Shown: positions 1 through 12,828 of the stretch, piece by piece
Layout of the letters: every line of letters begins with the position of its first letter
Position numbering within the stretch: position 1 is the first letter of the stretch
NCBI GenBank assembly: GCA_964016885.1
Contig: OZ024743.1
Span: 331,018,001 to 331,082,000, forward strand
Length of the DNA stretch: 64,000 nucleotides
Origin: Eledone cirrhosa
Lineage: Eukaryota
Direction: 5' to 3'
Made by a program: the position numbers and the translations under genes
The notes under the pieces: model-generated
What the model saw: only the letters and a program-made list of their open reading frames with translations
What the model was told of the DNA's origin: nothing
The model's database searches: none

Positions 1-219
1 TTTATTTACCTGTCTCTCTTTCTCCACCCAATTCTTTTTATCTCAATAACTTATTTTAGTTATTGTATCGCGCTAGCTTGCGGTATCTGGTCTTTAATAC
101 AAAGAAATCCCTATGATGGCTAGTACACAACTGATGATGGATAGTCCTGGCTACTATTTCTAATTCTTCATTTTATTTATATATCACATTTGCAACAACA
201 CAGCATGTCATTTTTCATT

Positions 220-265
<46 letters not shown>

Positions 266-310
266 GTTGCCACCCTGCCCATCTCCTCAATCTTTCTATT
301 TCTTCTTTAA

Positions 311-347
311 TCTTCTGATGAAGGACTACCGTCCAAAACATTAAGAG
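311..347 (+). ncRNA. Degenerate minimal hammerhead ribozyme in a Penelope-like terminal fragment
   Basis: tctt-CTGATGA-aggac-tacc-gtcc-AAAACATT-aaga. Stems I and II pair, but the expected GAAACGTT reads AAAACATT (two G>A changes at CpG). It follows a (TA)n tract. Confidence 0.6.
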
Positions 348-569
348 TCTTTGCTATGAATTTTGAAGCTTGTAACCAATGTCACACACCTAACCTCAGT
401 AAAAGCAAGGGGAGGTAATCGATAATATTTTTTTTTTTTCTCTCTTCTGTGTTTTTCAAGACTAAATATCTCTCCACTTCTGCTGGGGTTAAAATAAGCT
501 AGAGTCATATAGACTTTTGCTGTGTTTATGAGCTACTGCTCTGTATGTAAATGACAGATACATGCCTCT

Positions 570-1280
570 GCACACACACACACACACATATTGAGGTAAA
601 AAATAGCCACACAGATAGATACATAACCACACAGATGTACATGTACACACACAGACACACATTTTAAAGTAAATAGAACTGACAGCCATAAATCTAGACA
701 CATATACAAACAACGACACACACACATAACCAAACAACTACACACATTGACCACATACAAATAACCAGACACACACACACATATAACCACATACACACAC
801 ATATATATCCAAACAACCGTAGACACATTCACATACATGTACAAACAACTACATACACACCTATACATAAACAACCACACACACACACACCTATACATAA
901 ACAAACACGCAGACCTATACGTATAGAAACAACGACACACATATATAGAAATAACCAGACACACATATATAGAAATAACCAGACACACATACAAATAGAA
1001 ACAACCACACACACACATATACAGACAACCACACACACACACATACAAACAACTACACACACACACACATGCAAACAACCACATGCACACACACTCACAT
1101 ACAGACAACCACACACATACACAAACAACCACACACACACATACAGACAACCACACACACACACACATACAAACAACCACACACACACATACAGACGACG
1201 ACACCCACAGACAACCACACACATACAAACAACCACACACACACATACAGACAACCACACCCACACAAACAACCACACAG
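570..1280. repeat. Compound (CA)n-rich microsatellite
   Basis: Degenerate ACAC/ACAT/AAAC repeats; source of the spurious V/C- and T/H-rich ORFs. Confidence 0.9.
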
Positions 1281-1809
1281 TTTTGAAAGTACTTACACCA
1301 TAGTTAATGAGACAATTAACGATGAAATAAACATAATTAATTTAAAAATCTGTTTTCAATGACAACTTGCTCACTTAGACATGATTTGCATATAAAATAG
1401 ATTTTTAACGAAACCACAAGAAGCAACGTCTTAACCCTTTTATCTTATTTCTAATGAATTGGTCAGAATTTAGGAAAATAACTAAGCTCGGGTCTCAAAT
1501 AATGAGTGGAGGGGGGGGGAGCAAGACACGGTCACCTGACCAATCTTGCCTAAAATGGGACAATTCCTGTCTATCCCCCCCCATGCTAGCGTGGAAGATA
1601 GACGTTAAATGACGATGATGAAGACTAGAAAGTGAGAAAGAAATATAGACGAAGAATCACACCCAGTACATTACTGGTACTTTTTTTTATTGACCTTGTA
1701 AGGATGAAAGACAAAGTTGATCTCAGTGGAAATTGAAATCAGAAACCAGAAAGCAAGAACGAATATCACAGAACATTCTATCTGACATTCTAACGACTCT
1801 GCCAATTCA

Positions 1810-2160
1810 GTGCTTTACATACATGGTGCTATGACAAGAAGCACTCAGCCCGCTCTGTAAAGTGGTTGTGTACATCTCACGACAAAAAGCACCCAGTCTG
1901 CTCTGTAAAGTGGTTATATAGGTGCTATGACAAGAAGCACCCAGTCCACACTGTAAAGTGGTTGTGTACATCTCACGACAAAAAGCACCCAGTCCGCTCT
2001 GTAAAGTGGTTATATAGGTGTCATGACAAAAAGCACCCAGTCTACACTGTAAAGTAAGTGAGGGTTCACGTGTCACAACAAAAAGTACTCAGTCCACACT
2101 GTGTGGTTGGCATTAGGAAGGGTATCCAGCTATAGAAACCAAGCCAGAAACAGTTCTGTA
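1810..2160 (+). repeat. 48-bp tandem repeat ending in a SINE/RTE tail module
   Basis: About 6 units of aaaaagcacccagtccacactgtaaagtggtt..., followed by gttggcattaggaagggtatccagc. Confidence 0.8.
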
Positions 2161-2814
2161 TGAGCAAGACAGTCATCAATCTGGCTTTTGCCGCTGCCAC
2201 CACCATCATCATTTTAAGTCTACTTTCTATAATGGCATTGGTTGCAGGTGTTTACACACATGGAGTTAGACAGGTAAGAGAAGCTCATCTCATTCCAAGT
2301 TAGGCATGGCTTTTATGGCTGGATGCCCTTCCTAATGCCAACCACATTACAGAGTGTACTGGGTGGTTTTTATAATGGCACTAGCATTAAAGGATTCATT
2401 ACCTTCTCAGTAAGATTAAAGAGGTCCTCTCAACCCAACATGGTCTCTGTTTGGTTACTACCACTTTACAAGGTATATTTGGGATAATTCTACCATGGCA
2501 TCAGCACTAGAGAGTTTGTCATGTCCTAAACAAAACTAAAGGGTTTTCTCCACACTAAAGGATTTTGGTTTTGTTACTACTACTTTACAGAATGTACTGG
2601 GTGTATTTTATCAAGGCACCAGCACTACCACTTTACAGAGTGGACTGGGTGTATTTTATTGTGCCACCAACACTAGTAAATTTACCTTAGGACTAACAAG
2701 ACTAAAGGGTACTGGCTACCCTAAGTAATGTCTCTTCAATTAAGGTAAATTATAAGAAATATATTTTAATACCAAATTACTGCAAAGAACACATTAAACA
2801 TCATCACGTTTTCT

Positions 2815-3119
2815 TCTTCATCACCACCACCACACCTACTACAGCTACTACCACCACCACAGCTGTTGCTACTACTACCACCACCACTACACCTACTACA
2901 GCTACTACCACCACCAGTGCTGCTACTACTACTACCACCACCACCACCACCACCACACCTACTACAGCTACTACCACCACCACCACACCTACTACAGCTA
3001 CTACCACCACCACTGCTGCTACTACTACTACCACCACCACACCTACTACTGCTACTACTACTACTACCACCACCACCACCACACCTACTACTCCTACCAC
3101 CACTGCCGCTGCTGCTACA

Positions 3120-3151
<32 letters not shown>

Positions 3152-3235
3152 CACAACAACAACAACTACTTCTACCAGTAGTAGTGGGTTATAGTGGTGG
3201 TGGTAGCAGTGGAGGGAATAGTAGTAGTAGTAAGT
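2815..3235. repeat. (ACC)/(ACT) trinucleotide low-complexity tract
   Basis: Direct inspection. Confidence 0.9.
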
Positions 3236-3577
3236 TTTGTGTGGTAGGTGATATGAGAGCAGTACTCTAATGTGAGTCACACCTTTTCGTTTTTTTAAGT
3301 GCTTAGTCAGTACACACACACACACACATTTAGTCAGTACATATGACCCCTATTCAGGGTCCATGTGACTGGAAGGATAAAGGGGAGGGAGTTATCTGTA
3401 ACACTTAACGTCCTGTACCACATGAAACCGCATTAGCAAGACATTCTTGAAAGTAGAAAACAGCACTGTGACCACATCACATTAGATATTAAAGTCTTTA
3501 CTTTAAACCAGCAAATTTCCACAACAATCTGTCCAAAAATAAAAAATATTATAAACATTTGAATTAACAAACCACAT

Positions 3578-5209
3578 TAAGTAAACCCCTATACTTAGCT
3601 TTTGTTGACTTGGAGAAAGCCTTTGACAGAGTCCCTCGCTCCATTATCTGGTGGGCTCTTAGAAAACTAGGTGTTGATGAATGGCTTGTGAGAGCTATAC
3701 AAGCCATGTATTAAAAAAACAGTCAGCAATGTTAGAATTAAAAATAAATATAGTGAAGAATTTAGCGTAAAAGTTGGTGTTCATCAGGGCTCTGTCCTTA
3801 GCCCCCTCCTATTTATTATTGCCCTTCAGGCTATAACAGAGGAATTCAAGACCGGCTGCCCATGGGAACTTCTATATGCAGATAATCTAACGCTCATAGC
3901 TGAATCGATAGCTGAACCAGAGAAGAAATTCCAAACATGGAAGCATGGTTTAGAATCAAAAGGCCTTAAAGTTAACATGTCTAAGACTAAAGTTCTAGTA
4001 TCTAGGAAGGAAAATAGGGCACTGGTCCCCTCTGTGAAATGGCCATGCTCAGTGCGTAGGAAAGGAGTAGGCAGAAACTCCATTTTATGTCCCAAATGCA
4101 AAGTATGGGTACATAAAAGATGTGGGATCACAGGTAAGCTAAGAACATAAATTTTAAATGTGGTCAGTGCTCAGGTGCAATAAGTAGCAGCAAGTGCCCA
4201 CAGGATACTAGCTCCTTCCATTGCCCAGATGGTTCTATAGAAATAGTGGACACCTTCCGTTATCTGGGTGATAAAATCAGCAGTGGTGGAGGGTGTTCTG
4301 AAAGTACAGTAGCCAGAGTCAGAACGGGGTGGAAATAGTTCAGAGAGCTTATACCACTACTGGCGGCTAAAGGTTTCTCTCTAAAAATGAAAGGTAGATT
4401 GTATGATGCCTGCATACGAACATTTTATATGGCAGTGAGACATGGGCATTGTGTGCAGAGGATCTGCGCACACTGGAGAGCAACAAAGCTTGCATGCTCC
4501 GTTGGATGTGTAATAGTAATATACGTGAACAGCAAAGTATAAATGACCTAAGTGAGAAATTAGGAATTAGAGGGATCAGATGATGTTTACTCGAGAGAAG
4601 ACTACATTGGTATGGTTACGTGATGCGCATGAAAGACGACAGCTGTATAAAAAGTGCAGGGCGGTCAAAATTGATGGAAACTACGAGTAGGCAGACCCAG
4701 AAAAACCTGGGACGATTTGATAAATTCCAACCTTACACACTTACACCTCTCCAAGACAATGTCGCTGGACCGAGATCTTTGGTGCTACGCAGTAATACAG
4801 AAGACCTGCTTTGCCTTTGTACAAAACGAAACCTATAGTCAGTAGGCACCTCTTAACCAAAAATACACCCCCATCCCACTACCACTACTCCCACCCCCAT
4901 CAACACCACCCCTTTCTCTGTAAAGTTATGTTGGTACCACAACATCCAGTCCTAAATAAATGAGATCGTGTAGGTATCACAACAAAAAAACACACAGTCC
5001 ACGCTGTAATGTGGCCGTGTAGGTAACACGGTAAAAACCTCCCAGTCCACACTGTAAACATTGTTGGTGTTAGGAAGGGCATCCAGCCGTAGAAAACCTG
5101 CCAGACAGTCCTATACAAGCAAGACAACCAATCTTGTCTCAAGTAGGACAATTCCCGTCTAAACCCATGCTAGCGTGGAAGATAGACGTTAAACGATGAT
5201 GATGATGAT
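3578..5209 (+). mobile_element. 5'-truncated RTE-clade LINE, defective
   Basis: Encodes KPLYLAFVDLEKAFDRVPR, VGVHQGSVLSP, LLYADNL, a PHD-like Cys region and an RL.WYG motif, with stops and frameshifts. The long 3' UTR ends gacgttaaac(gat)n. Confidence 0.92.
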
Positions 5210-5394
5210 TAGTAATACATTCATGCAAAGTACCAAACAGTACTGTGACTGCATCACATTAAATATTAAAGTCTTCACTCTAATACTGCACATTTTCACA
5301 ATCTGTCCACCAATAAATATACAATAAATATTTAAATATTTGAATTAAACACATTTTTAGATATGTTTTGCTAAATCATTACAAGACCATCATC

Positions 5395-6126
5395 ACCATC
5401 ATCATCTTCACCACCATTATCATTTAACTTCAATTTTCCATGCTAGCATGGGTTAGACAGGTTCTTCCATTTGAGGCAAGTCGGCTCAGGTGACCATGTC
5501 TTGCACATACAGAACTGTTTCTGGCTCAGTTTCTATGGCTGGTTGCCCTTCCGAATGCCAACCACATTTACAGTGTGTACTGAGTGCTTTTTGTCATGAC
5601 ACCTACACAAACACATTTACAGTGTGTACTGAGTGCTTTTTGTCATGACACCTACACAAACACATTTACAGTGTGTACTGGGTGCTTTTTGTCATGACAC
5701 CGACACAACCACATTTACAGTGTGTACTGGGTGCTTTTTGTCATGACACCTACACAACCACATTTACAGTGTGTACTGGGTGCTTTTTGTCATGACACCT
5801 ACACAACCACATTTACAGTGTGTACTGGGTGCTTTTTGTAGTGACACCTACACAACCACATTTACAGTGTGTACTGGGTGCTTTTTGTCATGACACCTAC
5901 ACAACCACATTTACAGTGTGTACTGGGTGCTTTTTGTCATGACACCTACACAACCACATTTACAGTGTGTACTGGGTGCTTTTTGTCATGACACCTACAC
6001 AACCACATTTACAGTGTGTACTGGGTGCTTTTTGTAGTGACACCTACATGACCATTTTACAGTGTGGGCTGGGAGCTTTTTCTTGTGTCACATACATGAC
6101 CACTTTACTGTGTGGACTGGGTGCTT
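5395..6126 (-). repeat. SINE/RTE tail followed by a 49-bp minisatellite (~11-12 copies, 5563-6126)
   Basis: Unit cacatttacagtgtgtactgggtgctttttgtcatgacacctacacaac, period 49 (5563 to 5612). It is preceded by the reverse complement of the RTE-type 3' end. Confidence 0.9.
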
Positions 6127-7685
6127 TAACACTAAATAAAATTGGTAATGATTAAGGTCTTTTGTGTGATTTCAACTAATCTGACCTGTGATATGCTTGC
6201 CATCAACCTTTTCTCCTAAAACAGAATGGGGGGAGAGGGGCAAGGTGAGGAAGAATATACTGCTCTTTCTAGCACACAGGTACCTTTGTCTATAATCTAC
6301 AATATAATAAGAGATGCGGCTGCCTGTCTTATATATAGAGAGGAAAATATTACTCTACCTCTCACTAATTCCACCTCCCCCTCTCTCTAACTAATTAAAA
6401 CATAATGTGTGTGTTTCCTTATATCCAACAATGCAACTTAAAAAAAAAGACTTTTACTATAATGACAGGTGAGTATTGTTGTTATTCTGACTCACTCACC
6501 AATGACTGCTTCCCCCAGCTCCGAAACGGGGGGGGGGGGGACCCTCAGAGCTACAGATAAGCAGTTTCCAGTTTTTTTTAATTTATAGAAAAGTATTTGC
6601 TGGGGATTGGGAAGACATTTTTTTTTCCTAGGTTTTTTTCTAATCTGATCACCGACATCCTTGCAATCACCTTTTTTCCCCAAAAGGGAATGGCCAAGGA
6701 GGGGGGGGGGGGGCTATAAAGAATGTGTACATCAACAATGGTTCCGATGCTGCCATGTTTGTGCTACAAAAGTGAAATATGTCCAACAAGGTGTCCAACT
6801 CCTAACATGGCCGATATATACACAGTAGAGAGGGGTTGACCCTCTGATGTTCTTAGCCTCGGAAATTTCTTCAGTGCAAACCTTTTTCTTTTCTAGGCGT
6901 TTTCATTTGTTTTCAACTAATCTGACATCCAACTCACTCACCAACAACTCCTTTTTTCTGAAAACAGAGGTGGGGAGTAAGGGAGACCCTCGAAGCTACA
7001 AATAGGCACCTCTCAGCTGTATAGATTTATTGAAAAGCACCTGCTGGGAATTGCAAAAGAAAGTTTTCATGCGTTTTCAACTAATCTGATCTTTGACAAG
7101 CTCACAGTCACCTTTTTTTTCTGAAAATGGAATGCTATCAACAAAATTATCTCACAAATGGTCTTCATATAAGCTCCAAAGAAATAAGTTAAAAGCATTG
7201 TATATACCTAAATTCTGTAAATGTTTTATAAATTTCATAGAACACATTTTTCTGTTACTTTCTTTATTACATTCTGTATTTAGATATTCTAAATAAACTT
7301 TTAAAATTATGTTATGTGATATTTAAATACCTTTTAACATCTTTTATTTTAAGGAAAATGGATATTATGATAGATGCCAATAAGTGCCTTATGAATAGAT
7401 TTGAGCACAGTAAAGACCAGGATGACGGCCAGTTTTGTGTGTATATATACTTCGTTTTTGTATTAAGACAGAACAAAGGATTGACACAAAATAATAAATT
7501 AGTCACTGTGGAGGTCACACAATGTGCGATGAAAGAGCTTTGACAATAAACAAATAAACAACCATCTGATTATTAAACTAACCAACTGGAAATTTATAAT
7601 AAATTGAAGTGAAATCCAACAGGAGCGTGTGTTTTTATTGGCAGCATGACCCTCCCAAAGTGTAACAATATATATATGTATATAT

Positions 7686-8115
7686 CAGTGGCGAAGGGTA
7701 ACCTGGAAATTAGGGTATACAGTCCAATCGCTATGGAGAAAAGTGGGACTGTGCAGCCTTACCCCCCCCCCCCAATTCCCTCTAACCCCCCCCCCCGGTC
7801 AAACCCGCATGTAGTGTTATCTTTTTATGTGTCTACGATTTAGTAAGCAGTCAAAATTCTGCTTGCTTCAACTGACGCTGTCGTGTGTTTGTGTGTGTGT
7901 GTGTTATTTTTTGTGTGTCTACGATTTAGTAAGCAGTCAAAATTCTGCTTGCCCCAAAGCTGTCGTGTTTGTGTGTATGTGTGTTATCTTTTTTTGTCTC
8001 TATACGTTTTAGTAAGCAGCCAAAATTCTGCTTGCTTCAACCGACGCAATTGATCAACTCAAGATTCTATAACGCATGCACTACATGTGTTGCATCCACG
8101 GACCCTTCATCCCTG
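7686..8115. mobile_element. hAT-type MITE
   Basis: Imperfect TIRs CAGTGGCGAAGGGT / ACCCTTCATCCCTG, 8-bp flanking duplication GTATATAT, and internal tandem repeats. Confidence 0.7.
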
Positions 8116-8342
8116 GTATATATGTGTATATATATATATATATATATAGATCAGAGCAAACAGCACGGACACTCTATCTCAAAATTGTTTTTGAAAAGCA
8201 TTTAGAAATGTGCAACCGGTAAAAACTTAAAAACTTAAAACCACAACTGAATACTAACCCATACAATCACTAATACTCTTTTATTCCTAATTAAACCATT
8301 TTTCAACTGTGAACAATTTGTCAGCATTTTCTATTCCGTTTA

Positions 8343-8376
<34 letters not shown>

Positions 8377-8390
8377 CCTTCAAACCCGAA

Positions 8391-8477
<87 letters not shown>

Positions 8478-8479
<2 letters not shown>

Positions 8480-8898
8480 CAAAGGAAATGTGGTAAGGAA
8501 CCAGGTGGACCATAACGCACCAAGGTACTCAATACTTGAGGTAGTAGAGTGGGTAATAGGAACCAGTAAGACCCCATCTGTCATAGAAAAAAGTTCTCCA
8601 TCTAAGTCTTTTCGCAAATAGATCGATTTTTTGCGTGAGCATCCGAAGGTAAAGTTTTTTCGGTGGGATTGGGATGTTCTTGGTAGAGAAGTCAATGTTG
8701 TGTTTTCGCATGGTGCGGGTGAAATGAATTGGGCTTAGCGGAAAAGTCTGGATACGGCGTGGTAGGGTCGGAAAGTGCTCTACTACGGGGGTAGGAGCTA
8801 GATAACGAAGGAAATGTGGTAAGGAACCAGGTGGACCATAACGCACCAAAGTACTCAATACTTGAGGTAGTAGAGTGGGTAATAGGAACTTACTGGTT

Positions 8899-8900
<2 letters not shown>
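8478..8900 (-). mobile_element. Penelope-like element 5' fragment with ~88-bp direct repeats
   Basis: Encodes [43 protein letters not shown], resembling Naiad/Penelope ORF N-termini. Direct repeats lie at 8478-8562 and 8803-8890, and the fragment is flanked by (TA)n. Confidence 0.7.
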
Positions 8901-8941
<41 letters not shown>

Positions 8942-9066
8942 GCAAAGTTTTATTTAAATTGTTGGGTTACAACGAGTAAATATTTATAACTGATATAAAA
9001 GCACTCAACAAGTATTTGGAGTATATTTACGATATTAAATAAATGGAAACTATATTTATAAAACCA

Positions 9067-9140
9067 TATTTATTTCATTATATATATTTCAGGGATATCA
9101 TATTAAAAATATGGTATGCCTTCTTCAGACAAAATACAAT
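9067..9140 (-). ncRNA. Type I hammerhead ribozyme (inverted pLTR copy)
   Basis: Reverse complement of the 12755-12828 hammerhead. Confidence 0.8.
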
Positions 9141-9571
9141 ATAAACAGTCTTATAAATAGATAGATTTGACATACCTTACAACTTCAACTTCCATTTAAA
9201 AAGTTGATTTGGTAGTGAAAAATGTTAGGGACAGTTATAAAAAGAAAGAAAGAAAAAAAAAGAAAAAAAAAAGCGAAGAAAAAGAAGAAATGCATGCAAC
9301 TAAATAGAGATAGATAGATATAGAGAGATAGATAGAGAGAAGAAATTCATGTAAAGAAACAGAGAGAGATAGATAGAGAGAGAAAAAACACAGAGGGAGA
9401 TAGATAGAGAGAGAGAGAGAGAAGAGAGAGAGAGAAAAAATAGAGAGAGATAGATAGAGATAGAGATAGAGAGAAAGAAAATAGGTAGTTGGGCACCAGT
9501 TGAATGACGTATCAATGATATATTTATTTATTTATTTATTTAGTTCTAGTATTAAGGTAGAGAGAGATATA

Positions 9572-11389
9572 CTGAAAGAACTGAGGAAAAAGTACAAGGT
9601 AGCAGATAAGGCCGAGCTTGAGAAAATGAATGTTGAGGCATCTTGTATAATGCATGAGTTGGAAATTGAGAACAGAACACAACCTTTCGTGCCCAGGAAA
9701 CCGAAGATCAATATGAAAGATCACAAAAGAAATTTTGAAAATGACCTGCCAGTCAGATTGATTGCACCATCAAAATCTGACCTGGGTAAACTAAGCAAAA
9801 ACATTCTAGACAGGGTGATACAGCAAATTAAAAACTTGAATTGTTTACCTAACTTGAGCTTGTGGAAGGGAACTGGAGAGGTTATTGAGTGGTTTAAAGA
9901 AATTAAATATAACAATAATAATAAATTTATTCAACTAGATATTGCTAACTATTATTCATCTATTACCCCTAATCTACTAAATAAGGCACTAAATTACGCA
10001 TTCAAACATACAGACCTAACTAGCAATGAAATGCACATTATATTATCGGCTAGGAAAACATTGATAGAATTTAATGACCAACTATGGACCAGAGCAGATA
10101 GAGATAACAATTTCGACATTACTATGGGATCATCCGACTCAGCTCAGGTAACTGACCTTGTGGGCCTATTTATAATCAATTCGCTGCATAGGAAAATACC
10201 CGGTGCTACCGGAGGTTTATATAGAGATGACATGCTTTTACTTATTGAAAATAATAACTCTGAACTAAATAGAAAAAGAAAACAAATTACACAATTTTTT
10301 AATTACTTTAATCTAAAAATAGAAATTGAGAATAACCATAGAATAGTCAATTTCCTAGATGTAACATTAAATCTCAACACATGTCTTCACTATCCATTTC
10401 ACAAGTTGAATGAAAACTTAAACTATGTCAGTTTTAACTCTAACCACCCCAGATCTGTTAAAAATACTATAGTGAACTCTGTTCAAAAACGTATCTCTAG
10501 AATCTCATCTAATAAAAAGATTTTCGACGAAAAAGCCCAGTATTACAATGAAGCGTTAGCTAGAGCAGGATATAGTGATAAAATTATGTACATAGATAAT
10601 AATAGACAAACTAACCAAAATAACAACAATTTTAATTACGGCAACAACTTTAACAACTATAATAGAAAGCATTACAATAATTCCAAAAGCCAAAAAAGAA
10701 ATACAACTAGGAATATAATATAGTTTGCCCCCCCTTTCTCACTAAACATTAAAACCCACATCGCTAAACTATTTTTTAATGCTCTTGATAATCGCTTCCC
10801 TAGAACACATAGGTATCACTCAATTTTCAATAGACATACTATAAAATTAACTTACTCATCCACCAAAAATTTAGCACAAAATATTAATAGAATAAATAAT
10901 CGGAATTTAAAACCTAGCCAAAATACCGATAATAGCATAAATAATATCCAAGTAAACAAATGTAACTGTAGAGATAGATCTAAATGTCCGTTAAATAACA
11001 ATTGCTTAGTTAAAAATATAATATACAACTGTAATGTTAAAACGGACTTAAATTCTTTTAACTATGTTGGTTCCACCTCGACAGAATTTAAACTTCGCTA
11101 TAATAACCACAAGAATTCTTTCACAGATCCAAGCAAAAAATCTTCAACATCACTATCAGGCTTACTCTGGCAACTTAAGCATGATAACGTTGGATATTCG
11201 ACGGCTTGGAATATAGTCTCAAGAGGGATTCCTTTTAATTCATCCTCTGAGACATGTGACCTCTGCGCGGAGGAGATATTCTTTATACTAAAATCTAAAA
11301 ATTCCCTTAATTTACGGACAAATTTATTCAGTTGCTGCAGACATAGATTGAACTCAACTTTTAAATATAAATATAAATTTAAAATGTAG
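9572..11389 (+). pseudogene. Penelope-like RT-GIY-YIG ORF, 5'-truncated, one premature stop at 10721-10723
   Basis: RT motifs FIQLDIANYYSSI, FDITMGSSDSAQVTDLVG, GLYRDDM and VNFLDVTL. Reading through the TAG (NII*FAPPFS, expected W) continues in frame to CNCRDRSKCPLNNNCL...IIYNC...YVGST...FKLRYNNH...CDLC...CRH and a stop at 11389. Confidence 0.92.
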
Positions 11390-12754
11390 TATATTTACTT
11401 ATGATTTATAATTATTTAGGAAACTCGCCGATAAATCTTTCGATTTCTTTTTTTAAACATTCTTCATGAATAATTAAACTACCCTAAAAGCTGATGCTCC
11501 AAATATATCGAATAAATTTTACACTAGATAAACTTCTATAATAAATATAAGACCATCTGTATAGATCAAATGGGTATCTTAAACTTTTGGAATGATTTCT
11601 GCTAGGCAGGATTTGGTAAATAATTTTGGTTTTGTTTGCTTTTGATTCTGATGCTTATAATGAACTTGGCAATATATTGTCAATTAATTTTGAAGGGTTG
11701 ATCTCTGTGGTTGATTTGCGGGGCATACTGCGTTTTATTTTTAATATTTTTTAATTTTTTGCTATTTTTATTGATATATTGATATCTGTTGTCTATTTAT
11801 GCTTGAACGATAATCATGTAGAGTAAAGACAAGAATAGTATTGTTAAAATTAATGTAGATTCTATATATATTTGTGTGTATGTACACATATATGTATACT
11901 AGAATTTTTATAGCACAATGAGAATGTTTTCATGTGAAATAGGAATTTGCAGAGTTGATCACGTAAATTCACATGGAAGTCTATAGTATCGAATCTGGGA
12001 TAACCTTCTATTTTCTTTTTCTTTTTCTTTTTTCATGAAAGTGCATATATACTTATGTATTTCAATTTTTTTTGAAGTTTTTTATCTCATTTTTTTTTAT
12101 CTCAGTTTTTTTATCTCAGCTCTGATATAAACCTAGGAATTTTAAACTAGACATATGATCATTATTTTTCACACATTATTGATACGTGTTTCATTCATGA
12201 ATACTGATATTTACATTATAATACCTAATTCATACGAACTGATATTTTTACATTGATGAAACATGTTTTAAATCTGCCTCGTTTATCTCTGGATATTTTT
12301 CTTTTCTCTCTATGTAACGGCTGTTTTCTCTCCTAACCACATATATCTCTCTCTACCTTAATACTAGAACTAAATAAATAAATAAATAAATAAATATATC
12401 ATTGATACGTCATTCAACTGGTGCCCAACTACCTATTTTCTTTCTCTCTATCTCTATCTATATCTATCTCTCTCTATTTTTTCTCTCTCTCTCTTCTCTC
12501 TCTCTCTCTCTCTATCTATCTCCCTCTGTGTTTTTTCTCTCTCTCTCTATCTCTCTCTGTTTCTTTACATGAATTTCTTCTCTCTATCTATCTCTCTCTA
12601 TTTAGTTGCATGCATTTCTTCTTTTTCTTCGCTTTTTTTTTTCTTTCTTTCTTTTTATAACTGTCCCTCACATTTTTCACTACCAAATCAACTTTTTAAA
12701 TGGAAGTTGAAGTTGTAAGGTATGTCAAATCTATCTATTTATAAGACTGTTTAT

Positions 12755-12828
12755 ATTGTATTTTGTCTGAAGAAGGCATACCATATTTTTAATATGATAT
12801 CCCTGAAATATATATAATGAAATAAATA
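12755..12828 (+). ncRNA. Type I hammerhead ribozyme in the pLTR
   Basis: tattttgt-CTGAAGA-agg...cct-GAAA-tatata-TA-atgaaata. The core is intact, stems I and II pair, and the palindromic stem III (ATATATAT) is typical of PLE dimeric hammerheads. Confidence 0.82.

Noticed and set aside
489-541. Possible terminal exon of the host gene (RAVAHKHSKSLYDSSLF*)
   Set aside because: Weak acceptor, no recognisable homology, and the intervening conserved exons were not found.
1296-1349. AG...GTAAGT-bounded candidate exon on the minus strand
   Set aside because: The translation does not match the expected PLEKHH sequence; likely chance in AT-rich DNA.
9500-9571. N-terminus of the 407-aa ORF
   Set aside because: It lies in the inverted pLTR (antisense 3' UTR); the true ORF is 5'-truncated.
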